Of a DNA stretch of 25,656 nt, positions 17,589 to 25,656 are shown one piece after another. The stretch comes from Candidatus Altiarchaeota archaeon (GTDB lineage: Archaea; Altiarchaeota; Altiarchaeia; IMC4; QMZM01): assembly GCA_016931955.1 (NCBI GenBank), contig JAFGDV010000028.1:1-25656 (forward strand), in the 5' to 3' direction. Under the pieces are notes generated by a model, which saw only the letters and a list, made by a program, of their open reading frames with translations, had not been told where the DNA came from and did no database searches. Within the stretch, counting starts at the first letter, position 1, and each line of letters starts with the position of its first letter. The translations under genes were made by a program, and so were the position numbers.

Positions 17589-18076
17589 ATCTCATGCCTT
17601 CTTAGCACCATCAAGACGATTTGTGAGTCAGAACCGGCTTCCTTGAAGCTTGCATCATGGAAGGCATTAATCGATGCTTTGTTAAACTTCTTTATCCTCG
17701 CCCTCAGACAACGCAGAGATTCTCTCTCGTTGAAGAAACGCTCGCATGCCTTCCTCAGAGCAATCGACCCCAGACCTTTGCCCCTCCATGCAGGTGCTAT
17801 AGTCACGTTAATCTCCGCTTCGCTATCATCGTCCATTATATCAAAACGAACCTGGCCGACTCTCTCCTCACCGACCATGATCATCATTAAAACCCTTTTT
17901 TTGCTGACCAAAACGCCATCGAACCATCTACTATGCTCTTCAGCGCTTATCTTGTGACTGCTGAATGAATACTTTCGCGTTTCAGGGTCATTTCTCCACT
18001 CTAGTAGGATTTCACAGTCAGATTTCTGTGCAGGCCGCAGTGTTATCTCCTCTCCACTTATGACAGCATGCTCCAT
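17585..18076 (-). CDS. pseH: GNAT N-acetyltransferase, PseH-like
   Basis: LLEWRNDPETR..S, EEHSRWF, VGQVRFD, RGKGLG, NKASINAF. Confidence 0.8.
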   Translation of the reverse strand: MEHAVISGEEITLRPAQKSDCEILLEWRNDPETRKYSFSSHKISAEEHSRWFDGVLVSKKRVLMMIMVGEERVGQVRFDIMDDDSEAEINVTIAPAWRGKGLGSIALRKACERFFNERESLRCLRARIKKFNKASINAFHDASFKEAGSDSQIVLMVLRRHEI

Positions 18077-19113
18077 GTTATCCCCTCACCCGCCCTTATG
18101 TCGCGCTTAGCCTTCTTTCCCCAGATTTTCTCAATATGCTTCGGCTCAAGGCCGGGCCTGTTCTTGCCGCTTCGCAGGACTGCAACGTTCTTGGACAACA
18201 ATTGTTCGCCTCTTTTTATATCCTTTGTCGCATGGATCCTACGCTTAGCGAAATCGTATAGCTCTCTCTCGACATCTTCGACCTTTTTCCTGCCAGAACC
18301 AAGCGCTTCCTCGACCATACGGATCTTCTTTACCATGTCCGCAAGCTCGTGAGGCTCCAAGGAGAACCTATGATCCGGTCCTAAAAGGTCGTTGTCAAGT
18401 GTGAAGTGTTTCTCTAGGATGTTCGCACCAAGGGCTACTGCCGCAAGCGGTGCTACAAGAGGCTCCCTTGAATGGTCGGATAATCCCACTGGGATCCTGA
18501 ACTTCCGCTTCATCGACACTATGACACGTAGATTCATCGAACTTTGCGGGGCAGGATACTTTGCAGTGCACTGAGTAAGACAGACCTTCCTGTTGCCCGT
18601 AGAGTAAACAGCATCAAGCGACTCCACCACCTCGGAGAGGGTGCTCGCACCAGTTGATATTATCATCGGTTTATTTTTTCTGGCAACGTATTTCAGCAGA
18701 GGAATATGGCTTACCTCATAGGAGGCTATCTTATGTGCAAGAACATATTCATCCAGTCTATCCACTGATTCTTCATCGAAGACACTGACCAAAAAAAAGA
18801 CCCCTTTTTTCTCACAGTAGCCTGCAAGCTTTTCAATCCAGTTGTAAGGCATCTCAAGACCTTTTATTATCTCGCCTATCTGCTTCCTTGTGCCTAGATA
18901 GTCTGAGTTCCCCGCACCCTTGGAGTACAACTTCTCAGACCTGAACAGTTGGAACTTGACTGCGTCGGCTTTAGATTTGACTGCTACGTCTATAAGCTTC
19001 TTTGCCTGCGCCAAGCTGCCATCGTGATTAGACCCTGCTTCAGCGATGATAAAACACGGCTCGCCGTCGCCAATCAACCTATCTCCAATCCGTATCTTTC
19101 TCATATTATCCAT
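18058..19113 (-). CDS. Nonulosonic acid synthase (NeuB/PseI/SpsE family) with C-terminal SAF domain, copy 1
   Basis: IIAEAGSNHDG, DAVKFQ, KIASYE, CTAKYPA, GLSDHS, EKHFTL, GPDH. ATG at 19113 follows a GGAGGT SD; the ORF track starts at TTG 19125. Confidence 0.92.
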   Translation of the reverse strand: MDNMRKIRIGDRLIGDGEPCFIIAEAGSNHDGSLAQAKKLIDVAVKSKADAVKFQLFRSEKLYSKGAGNSDYLGTRKQIGEIIKGLEMPYNWIEKLAGYCEKKGVFFLVSVFDEESVDRLDEYVLAHKIASYEVSHIPLLKYVARKNKPMIISTGASTLSEVVESLDAVYSTGNRKVCLTQCTAKYPAPQSSMNLRVIVSMKRKFRIPVGLSDHSREPLVAPLAAVALGANILEKHFTLDNDLLGPDHRFSLEPHELADMVKKIRMVEEALGSGRKKVEDVERELYDFAKRRIHATKDIKRGEQLLSKNVAVLRSGKNRPGLEPKHIEKIWGKKAKRDIRAGEGITWSMLS

Positions 19114-19198
19114 TAAAACCTCCAAGTCCTTGCAGATGAGGATCCTTCAACCGCCAGATATGTCCAAGAACCCCTCTAGGATATACCCAAACAACCAT
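19106..19198 (-). pseudogene. 30-aa mini-ORF MVVWVYPRGVLGHIWRLKDPHLQGLGGFNG, possible remnant of pseG/spsG
   Basis: Translated by hand. It starts 1 nt after the cytidylyltransferase stop, ends inside the synthase start, and contains GHIxR after a hydrophobic strand. Confidence 0.3.
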
Positions 19199-19199
19199 C

Positions 19200-19883
19200 T
19201 TAGCTTTTCCCCCCAGTCCTTGCCAGCAGCCACTCAACGATCTCAAAATCCTCAAGCTCGTCGATGTCGATGGACTCATTCGACCCCATCACCAGGAAGC
19301 CGACTTTGCCACCAGTTAACTCGCCTTTTTCCATCAACAAATCCCTTGTGCAGACATACAAGGCTCCATTCTCCTTTAGGAGAGGCTTGGACAATTGGCG
19401 GTTATTTATGCTTTTAGGGTAGAAGCGAATGTATCTGCCGTTGCTCTCAGCCCAGTAATGCCCTCGGTCTGGAACGACGCTAACAACAGAATCGAAGCCG
19501 CCTGAGGTAAGGAGGCTCACACCTTCGGAGATCCGCGAAGACGAAAGTAGAGGAGAAGTCGCATACAAGAGGACGACAATATCAGGATTATAATCCTCTT
19601 TCTCCTCCAGATATCCCACCGCATGCTGAAGAACTGGCAACGTCGGAGTCTCGTCGCTGGCAAGAGCTGCGGGGCGGATGAAAGGCACTTCTGCACCATA
19701 CTTATTCGCGACCCCAACGATCTCTTCATCTTCCGTTGAGACGATGACCCTGTCAATCCCTTCCGCTGCAAGGGCTGATTCTATAGCGTACGCAATAAGG
19801 GGCTTATCCGATAGAAGCTTCAAGTTCTTCCGCGGGATTCCCTTGGAACCCCCACGCGCCGGAATTATTGCAATGACTTTCAT
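19200..19883 (-). CDS. Acylneuraminate cytidylyltransferase (NeuA/PseF, CMP-nonulosonate synthetase)
   Basis: IIPARGGSKGIPRKN, VSTED, PFIRPAALASD, TSPL, ENGALY, SIDID. ATG at 19883, alternative TTG at 19892. Confidence 0.93.
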   Translation of the reverse strand: MKVIAIIPARGGSKGIPRKNLKLLSDKPLIAYAIESALAAEGIDRVIVSTEDEEIVGVANKYGAEVPFIRPAALASDETPTLPVLQHAVGYLEEKEDYNPDIVVLLYATSPLLSSSRISEGVSLLTSGGFDSVVSVVPDRGHYWAESNGRYIRFYPKSINNRQLSKPLLKENGALYVCTRDLLMEKGELTGGKVGFLVMGSNESIDIDELEDFEIVEWLLARTGGKS

Positions 19884-19888
19884 CGGAT

Positions 19889-20533
19889 TCAACCTTTCTT
19901 CAGCAGATACATGACGTCTCTGTTATCGTTATTCGTGTATTTCATGACCTTCTTCTTGAGAAGCTTTGCATCTGGGAACCGATCAAGGAAAAGCTTTGGG
20001 AAGTCGGTCTTCCACAATAGATCATCCTTGCCGCGGTAGTTTATCATCTCATATCCCTTCTCCGAATAATACTCAAAACCCCCTATATATGAGGCTGCGC
20101 AGCGGTGAATCTCATCCAACGCCTTATTTATGTCGCTCGGAGAGATGTGTATCAGGACGCCTGCAGTGAAAACCATGTCGAAGAAGTCGTCTTTGAACGG
20201 CAGATCGAACGCTGACCCCAAGACTATGTTCAACCCACTAGTCCTCTTCCGAGCTACCTCAACCGCGTAGCTCTGAATCTCGACACCCCACAAATTGGAA
20301 TAACCCATGGTCTTGAGTAAGTCCAACTGATTCCCGACGTTGCACCCGACCTCGAGAATCCTGTCGTACTTCTCCAGAACACCATCAAGGAACTCTTTGT
20401 TCAGGGAAGTCCTTGAAATGCCATAGTTCCCTTCATAGAGGCTATCCAGTTCAGCCGGGGCCAAAAGATTCCTGTCCGTGTAATCTTTGCCGAATTCGCC
20501 CGACCATACCTCTTCCTGCTTCGTCTTAGCCAT
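19889..20533 (-). CDS. Pseudaminic acid biosynthesis-associated SAM methyltransferase
   Basis: TKQEEVWSGEFGKDYTDRN, ILEVGCNVG, FTAGVLIHI, EYY, YRG..D.LWK.DF; sits inside the pse operon. Confidence 0.85.
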   Translation of the reverse strand: MAKTKQEEVWSGEFGKDYTDRNLLAPAELDSLYEGNYGISRTSLNKEFLDGVLEKYDRILEVGCNVGNQLDLLKTMGYSNLWGVEIQSYAVEVARKRTSGLNIVLGSAFDLPFKDDFFDMVFTAGVLIHISPSDINKALDEIHRCAASYIGGFEYYSEKGYEMINYRGKDDLLWKTDFPKLFLDRFPDAKLLKKKVMKYTNNDNRDVMYLLKKG

Positions 20534-20539
20534 AAAACA

Positions 20540-21682
20540 TCACCCAATATAGTCTTTCGTTTTGCTGCAGATGTACTCAACGTTGTCGTCGCTCATCTTC
20601 GGATAAAGCGGCAACGTGACTATCCTCCTGAAGACATCCTCAGTCACTGGAAAATCCTTCGGCTTTACGCCAAGGCTTTTAGCGTAAAAACTGTGCCGGT
20701 AAACAGGTATGTAATGGACGTTAACTCCTATGTTTTCGTGACGCATATAATTGAAGAATTTATCCCTGTCAACTCTGAGGAGCACTGTGTATAGATGCCA
20801 CGCATGCTTTACGTCTTCCTCTGCGTGGGGCAACTCAACGAAACCAACGTCTCCAAGGAACTCGCCATAGAGTCCTGCTATATCCCTCCTGCGCTCAAGG
20901 AAGACATCAAGCTTCCTGAGCTGCGAGACACCGAGGGCGCACTGGAAGTCCGTGATCCGGTAATTCCTCCCAAGGAACTTCATATCGTAGACGTAACCCG
21001 CATCCTTCCCCTGCCTGCTGCTAGCATCCCGGTCTATGCCATGATTCCTCAATAACAACATGCGCTCATAAAGTTCACTGCTATCGGTCACAACAGCACC
21101 GCCTTCACCAGTAGTTATGTGCTTTACTGGATGGAATGAGAAGATAGAGAGGTCTGCGAAACACCCAAGACGTTTACCCCTGTATTCGGCACCTAGGGCA
21201 TGACATACATCCTCTATCAGGTAGAGTTCATGCTCTTCAGATATCTCCTGCAAGGCCTTGATATCACATGGGTGGCCTGCATAGTCTACATACAAAATCG
21301 CCTTCGTCTTCTCCGTTATCTTTTCCCTAACGCTCTCCGGATCGATGTTCCTCGTTTCTTTGTTTATGTCGGCAAAGACTGGCCTGCAGCCGTTGAAGAG
21401 TATCGCATTAGAGGAGGCAACAAAGGTAAACGGTGTTGTTATTATCTCAGAACCCTTAGGCAGTTCGAGGGATTGAACTGCAATATCCAAAGCAGCCGTC
21501 CCATTACAGACAGCGACCGAATGCTTACACCCAAGGTAGCTGCTGAGTTTTTCCTCGAACTCTCTCACCATAGGTCCACCAGTTAGCCACTCAGACCTGA
21601 GGGTAGATACAACTGCGGCAATGTCATCCTCCCCTATGTCATGGAGGCCGTATGGTATGAGTTCCTTTGCCACTCTATTCAA
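20540..21682 (-). CDS. pseC: UDP-4-amino-4,6-dideoxy-N-acetyl-altrosamine transaminase (PseC-like)
   Basis: IPYG, WLTGGP, NGTAAL, SFHPVKHITTGEGG, NYRITDFQCALG, GVNVHYIPV. Start is TTG 21682 or GTG 21673. Confidence 0.88.
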   Translation of the reverse strand: MNRVAKELIPYGLHDIGEDDIAAVVSTLRSEWLTGGPMVREFEEKLSSYLGCKHSVAVCNGTAALDIAVQSLELPKGSEIITTPFTFVASSNAILFNGCRPVFADINKETRNIDPESVREKITEKTKAILYVDYAGHPCDIKALQEISEEHELYLIEDVCHALGAEYRGKRLGCFADLSIFSFHPVKHITTGEGGAVVTDSSELYERMLLLRNHGIDRDASSRQGKDAGYVYDMKFLGRNYRITDFQCALGVSQLRKLDVFLERRRDIAGLYGEFLGDVGFVELPHAEEDVKHAWHLYTVLLRVDRDKFFNYMRHENIGVNVHYIPVYRHSFYAKSLGVKPKDFPVTEDVFRRIVTLPLYPKMSDDNVEYICSKTKDYIG

Positions 21683-22076
21683 ACCGGTAGATGAAGGTGT
21701 CTGATGGATCCTCTAAGCCATCGCTGAAAACGACGAGACTTGCACTTTTTTGCCTGCTTGGATTCTTCACAAGATGCGCCACCCCCGGGGGTATCAGGTA
21801 GACTGCATATTCGTCAGATTCCGAGTCCATGACAATCTTCTCCCTCATCCTGCAACCCACATCTTCTAACGTCAGCTCGATCCTGCCGCTTGCCAAGCAA
21901 AGCCACTCCTTCTTCTTTCTATGGAAATGACCGGCCCTACTATGCTCCGGCTCGATATTCACGAGATAGCTGTGGATAAAATCATGAGGCTCATCAGCGT
22001 AAGCTTTTGATACAAGCTCCACCAGCCAGCCGTCTTCCCTCACATGCTTCTCTCGGATCAGTTTCTCGCCCAGCAT
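21675..22076 (-). CDS. Stand-alone cupin (WxcM/CapF C-terminal-like sugar epimerase/isomerase)
   Basis: DGWLVEL, RAGHFHRKKKEW, IPPGVAH, DPSDT. ATG at 22076, alternative TTG at 22082. Confidence 0.8.
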   Translation of the reverse strand: MLGEKLIREKHVREDGWLVELVSKAYADEPHDFIHSYLVNIEPEHSRAGHFHRKKKEWLCLASGRIELTLEDVGCRMREKIVMDSESDEYAVYLIPPGVAHLVKNPSRQKSASLVVFSDGLEDPSDTFIYRFE

Positions 22077-22078
22077 TT

Positions 22079-23062
22079 TCAATCCTGAGCCTTTTCAGCC
22101 ATCTTTTTCAGCTCCACGCCAGTAAGCCACTGATCGTTAGCGTCGCTAGCGTACCTGAACCCTTCAGGCAGGCGCTTACCGGACGTCATATGCTCGTCGC
22201 TCCAGAAAGGATGCTCTGGATCTATGACAAAATAATCATCGAACTCCCTCGAGTGCCTCGACTCATCCTCTGTGAGAAGGATCTCGTGAAGCTTTTCTCC
22301 AGGGCGGATGCCTATCACCCTCCTTTTCGCCTTAGGCGCAATAGCGTCCGCAAGATCAGTTATCCTCATACTCGGTATTTTTGGGATGAATACCTCACCA
22401 CCCTTCATCCTCCCAATGCAGGACATGACGAACTCAACACCCTGCTCAAGGGTGATCCAGAACCGCGTCATCCGCTCATCGGTCAAAGTGATCTCTCCCT
22501 TCTCCCTCTGCTTCAAGAAAAGAGGGATAACGCTGCCTCGGCTACCGACGACATTGCCGTAGCGGACGCAGGAAAGCTTCGTCTTCTTCCCCCCAGAAGC
22601 GTAAGAATTGCCTTGGACGAACAATTTTTCGGCCACCATCTTGGTCGACCCATACAGGTTGACGGGGTGCACTGCTTTGTCTGTGCTGATAGCAAGAACC
22701 CTGTCGACGGCGTTATCAATAGCAGCGTCTATGACGTTGACTGAACCTTCGATGTTAGTCCTCACGGCTTCGATGGGGTTGTACTCACACGCAGGCACCT
22801 GCTTTAAGGCAGCCGCATGCACTACGATGTCTACGTTGTTCATCGCCCGAGAAAGCCTCACCCTGTCCCGGACATCGCCGATCAGGAAACGAAGCCGAGG
22901 ATCATCGAACTTGTTTTCCATCTCATACTGCATCAACTCGCCGCGGGAATATATGCGAACACTATCAGGCTTATGCTTCCTCAACAAGATTTCAGTGAAT
23001 TTCTGACCGAAAGACCCCGTACCCCCAGTAACCAATATCGTTTTTTCGTCAAAAATCGACAT
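22079..23062 (-). CDS. pseB: UDP-N-acetylglucosamine 4,6-dehydratase (inverting), PseB
   Basis: TGGTGSFG, HAAALKQVPACEYNP, STDKA, NLYGSTK, RYGNVVGSRGSV, MTRFWITL, GIRPGEKLHE. Confidence 0.93.
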   Translation of the reverse strand: MSIFDEKTILVTGGTGSFGQKFTEILLRKHKPDSVRIYSRGELMQYEMENKFDDPRLRFLIGDVRDRVRLSRAMNNVDIVVHAAALKQVPACEYNPIEAVRTNIEGSVNVIDAAIDNAVDRVLAISTDKAVHPVNLYGSTKMVAEKLFVQGNSYASGGKKTKLSCVRYGNVVGSRGSVIPLFLKQREKGEITLTDERMTRFWITLEQGVEFVMSCIGRMKGGEVFIPKIPSMRITDLADAIAPKAKRRVIGIRPGEKLHEILLTEDESRHSREFDDYFVIDPEHPFWSDEHMTSGKRLPEGFRYASDANDQWLTGVELKKMAEKAQD

Positions 23063-23242
23063 AATTACACCCTGACCTAAATATATTCCTTTTATGTCCT
23101 TAAATTAAGCGTGGATAGAGAATATTCGTGCTATTTTTCCTCTTCATCCTGACCCTGACGCGGGCAGAAAAAAGTGGGTAAAAAAGCAATACTGCGCGGG
23201 ATTCTTTTGACTTATTAAAATCAAAAACTATTTATATTTAAT
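23063..23242. promoter_or_regulatory. Divergent promoter region between pseB and the second synthase
   Basis: 180-bp intergenic region with AT boxes near both starts (AAATATATT ~23079-23087, TTAAATTAA ~23100-23108, TTATTAAAA ~23212-23220, TATTTATATTTAA ~23229-23241). Confidence 0.5.
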
Positions 23243-24292
23243 ATGATAAGGCTGCGAACAAGAAACCTGACGCGAGATTCTCCGCCCTTTGTAATCGCTG
23301 AGATAGGCAACAACCACCAAGGAAGCCTGAAGAACGCCATAGAGCTTGTGAAGACCGCCAAGTTCTGCGGGGCCGACGCGGTCAAGTTCCAGAAGAGAAC
23401 TAACATTAAGCTTTACACAAAACACCTATACAATCAATTGTATGACAATCCAGACAGTTTCGGGGAAACATACGGAAAACATCGCGAGGCCTTGGAACTT
23501 TCACTGGATGAATTCATCGAACTAAAGAAGTATACAGAAGACCTAGGTCTCGAGTTCATGTGCACTGCCTTTGATTTTGATGCCGTCGATTTCCTTGAGG
23601 GCATAGGATTACACAGCTACAAGATAGCCTCAGGCGACCTGACTTCTCTACCATTAATCGAATACGTCGCCAAGCTGGGCAAACCCATATTCATTTCAAC
23701 GGGCGCCGCAACCTTGGAGGAGGTACACACCGCCTATAAGACGGTCCTGGAATACCACGACCAGATCTGCATAATGCAATGCACTGCTTCCTATCCCGCA
23801 GACTATGAGATCCTTAACCTCAACGTCATAAAAACATATCTCGAAGAATTCCCGGAGGCCATAATAGGGTACTCAGGACATGACACCGGCGTTTTAGCCA
23901 CCTCAATCGCTAGGATGCTCGGCGCCACGGTCTTCGAGAAACACTTTACCATGAACAGGGCTTGGAAGGGGACAGACCACAAGTTCAGCCTAGAGCCCCG
24001 TGGCCTGCAGGTAGTAGTAAGGGATCTGAAGAGAATCAGCCAAATACTTGGATCGCACGAAAAACAGACACTTGACGTGGAGAAAAACGCCAAGATCAAG
24101 ATGGGTAAAAGCATATATTATTCAAGAGACCTTAAGGCGGGAACGGTGCTCTCAGAAAGAGACATAAACATCAAATGCCCATTCAAGGAAGTGCCTGCTT
24201 CTGATTTCAAAAGATTCATAGGCAAGAAAATCCTGGTCGACGTTGAAGAAGACGATGCTCTGGAGTACTCTCACTTCAAAGGTTTATCATGA
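23243..24292 (+). CDS. Nonulosonic acid synthase, copy 2 (NeuB family; probably Neu5Ac-9-P/KDN-9-P synthase type)
   Basis: VIAEIGNNHQG, AVKFQKR, SFGETYGKHRE, KIASGD, CTASYP, GYSGHD, EKHFT, KGTDH, SAF-like tail; coupled to a HAD phosphatase. Confidence 0.9.
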   Translation: MIRLRTRNLTRDSPPFVIAEIGNNHQGSLKNAIELVKTAKFCGADAVKFQKRTNIKLYTKHLYNQLYDNPDSFGETYGKHREALELSLDEFIELKKYTEDLGLEFMCTAFDFDAVDFLEGIGLHSYKIASGDLTSLPLIEYVAKLGKPIFISTGAATLEEVHTAYKTVLEYHDQICIMQCTASYPADYEILNLNVIKTYLEEFPEAIIGYSGHDTGVLATSIARMLGATVFEKHFTMNRAWKGTDHKFSLEPRGLQVVVRDLKRISQILGSHEKQTLDVEKNAKIKMGKSIYYSRDLKAGTVLSERDINIKCPFKEVPASDFKRFIGKKILVDVEEDDALEYSHFKGLS

Positions 24293-24783
24293 AAGCAGAT
24301 TACCGAAAGATAAAGCTTTTTGCCATGGACTTCGACGGCGTATTGACAGACAACTTTGTCTACGTCAGCGACGAAGGAAGAGAATTCGTGAGATGCACTC
24401 GCGCAGACGGCATAGGGTTGCAGAAACTCAGAAGCCATGGGATCGAACTGCTTGTTCTCTCAACAGAAGAAAACTCTGTTGTATCCAAGAGATGTGAGAA
24501 ACTCAACCTAAAATATTTTCACGGAGTCAAAAACAAGGCCGACTTCTTGAGAGAATACATAGAGAAAAAAGGCATTAGACCAGAGAATGTGGCCTTTGTT
24601 GGAAACGACGAAAACGATCTGGATGTCCTGAAGATCGTTGGATTCCCATTCGTTGCGGGTGACTCTCATCCCAACGTGAAGAACGTAGCAAAATATGTGA
24701 CAAAAAAATCAGGCGGAACGGGCGCTGTAAGGGAAATATGCGATTTGATAGATGACTCCTTTGGGGGTGGGGTTGATGAGTAA
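24289..24783 (+). CDS. HAD phosphatase, KdsC / KDN-9-phosphate phosphatase family
   Basis: DFDGVLTD, DGIG, LST, K, FVGNDEND, GGTGAVREICD. Confidence 0.9.
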   Translation: MKADYRKIKLFAMDFDGVLTDNFVYVSDEGREFVRCTRADGIGLQKLRSHGIELLVLSTEENSVVSKRCEKLNLKYFHGVKNKADFLREYIEKKGIRPENVAFVGNDENDLDVLKIVGFPFVAGDSHPNVKNVAKYVTKKSGGTGAVREICDLIDDSFGGGVDE

Positions 24784-25597
24784 ATACAAAAACACGCTCT
24801 TCGACCTCAGCGGGGAAATCGCTGTAGTAACAGGTGGGATGGGACAACTGGGTGCGCAGTTCTCTCTTGTATTGATGGATGCTGGCGCAAAAGTTGCTAT
24901 ACTAGACATCACAGACAAAACATTAAACAATAGGCTGAGAAAAGCAATTGATTCTGAAGAAATAATGCTCATAAAAGCGGACATCACAGACAAAAACGAG
25001 GTCAAGGATGTCGCCGAAAAAATCAAAAGAGAACTTGGCATCCCAACTATTTTGGTCAACAACGCCGCATTGGATTCTCCACCCAACGCTTCCGCAGAAG
25101 AAAACGGGCCCTTTGAGTCTTATCCAGAGGAGTCATGGGATAAGGTCTTGGATGTCAACCTGAAGGGGGTATTTCTTATGTCGCAGGTCTTCGGCGGGGA
25201 AATGGCGAAAAAAGGTAAAGGCAGCATCATAAACATTTCCTCTGTCTATGGCATGGTTTCACCGAACCAGAGGATATATGAGTACAGGCATCGGGGAGAT
25301 AAAAAATTCTATAAGCCCGTCGCCTACTCAGTCTCCAAGTCGGGGATATACAATTTCACAAGGTATCTCGCCACTTACTGGGCTAAGAAAAACGTTAGAG
25401 TAAACACCCTCACCCTCGGAGGGGTGTTCAATAACCAAGACAACCAGTTTCTGGAGAATTACTGCGGTATCGTGCCCAAAGGCAGGATGGCGAAAGAAGA
25501 TGAATACAACGGAGCTGTGTTGTTTCTTGCTTCTATTGCCTCAGAATACATGACAGGCTCTAACCTGGTCATAGACGGCGGCTGGACCATCATTTAA
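24776..25597 (+). CDS. SDR oxidoreductase, PtmA (flagellin modification protein A)-like
   Basis: TGGMGQLG, LVNNAA, NISSVYG..SPNQRIY, YSVSK (YxxxK), TRYLATYW, GGVFNNQ. ATG at 24776 follows GGGGGTGG; the ORF track starts at 24752. Confidence 0.85.
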   Translation: MSKYKNTLFDLSGEIAVVTGGMGQLGAQFSLVLMDAGAKVAILDITDKTLNNRLRKAIDSEEIMLIKADITDKNEVKDVAEKIKRELGIPTILVNNAALDSPPNASAEENGPFESYPEESWDKVLDVNLKGVFLMSQVFGGEMAKKGKGSIINISSVYGMVSPNQRIYEYRHRGDKKFYKPVAYSVSKSGIYNFTRYLATYWAKKNVRVNTLTLGGVFNNQDNQFLENYCGIVPKGRMAKEDEYNGAVLFLASIASEYMTGSNLVIDGGWTII

Positions 25598-25611
25598 AAA
25601 AAAATAAACTT

Positions 25612-25631
25612 CCCCGCCCTGAAGGGCGGGG
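25612..25631. repeat. GC-rich hairpin CCCCGCCC-TGAA-GGGCGGGG (IS200/IS605-end-like, or terminator)
   Basis: 8-bp perfect stem just after the SDR stop, preceded by an A-run; the window ends 25 nt later in GTCAA. Confidence 0.6.
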
Positions 25632-25656
25632 TATTATGTAATTAAAAATGTGTCAA

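Noticed and set aside
22007-22744. 245-aa plus-strand ORF
   Set aside because: Shadow ORF antisense to the well-conserved pseB and the start of the cupin gene, with no recognisable motifs.

Overview
This window is almost certainly archaeal: it has a tRNA intron in a bulge-helix-bulge-like fold, no encoded CCA, and TATA-type promoters about 25-35 nt upstream of start codons. It opens with an intron-containing tRNA-Arg(GCG) on the minus strand, a partial duplicate of that tRNA's 5' end, a dense cluster of DNA hairpins and a BofA-like gene. The remaining ~25 kb is a surface-glycosylation island of five alternately oriented blocks. (1) GT2 polyprenol-phosphate glycosyltransferase, AsnB-type amidotransferase, two methyltransferases and a GT-C-like membrane protein. 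(2) wbpD-E-B-A-like genes for UDP-2,3-diacetamido-uronic acid. (3) GT4, a wbpI/wecB-like epimerase, a second AsnB-type amidotransferase and a candidate nonulosonate transferase. (4) A pseudaminic-acid-like operon: pseB, cupin, pseC, methylase, CMP-synthetase, synthase, pseH and a TIM-barrel protein. (5) A second nonulosonate synthase with a HAD phosphatase and a PtmA-like SDR. The most interesting signal is in block 4. It lacks PseG, has a 30-aa possible PseG remnant at the usual pseG position, ends in an endonuclease-IV-fold protein that may replace PseG, and carries a CapF-type cupin that could change the product's stereochemistry. All functional calls come from motif recognition by eye; no database searches were run.
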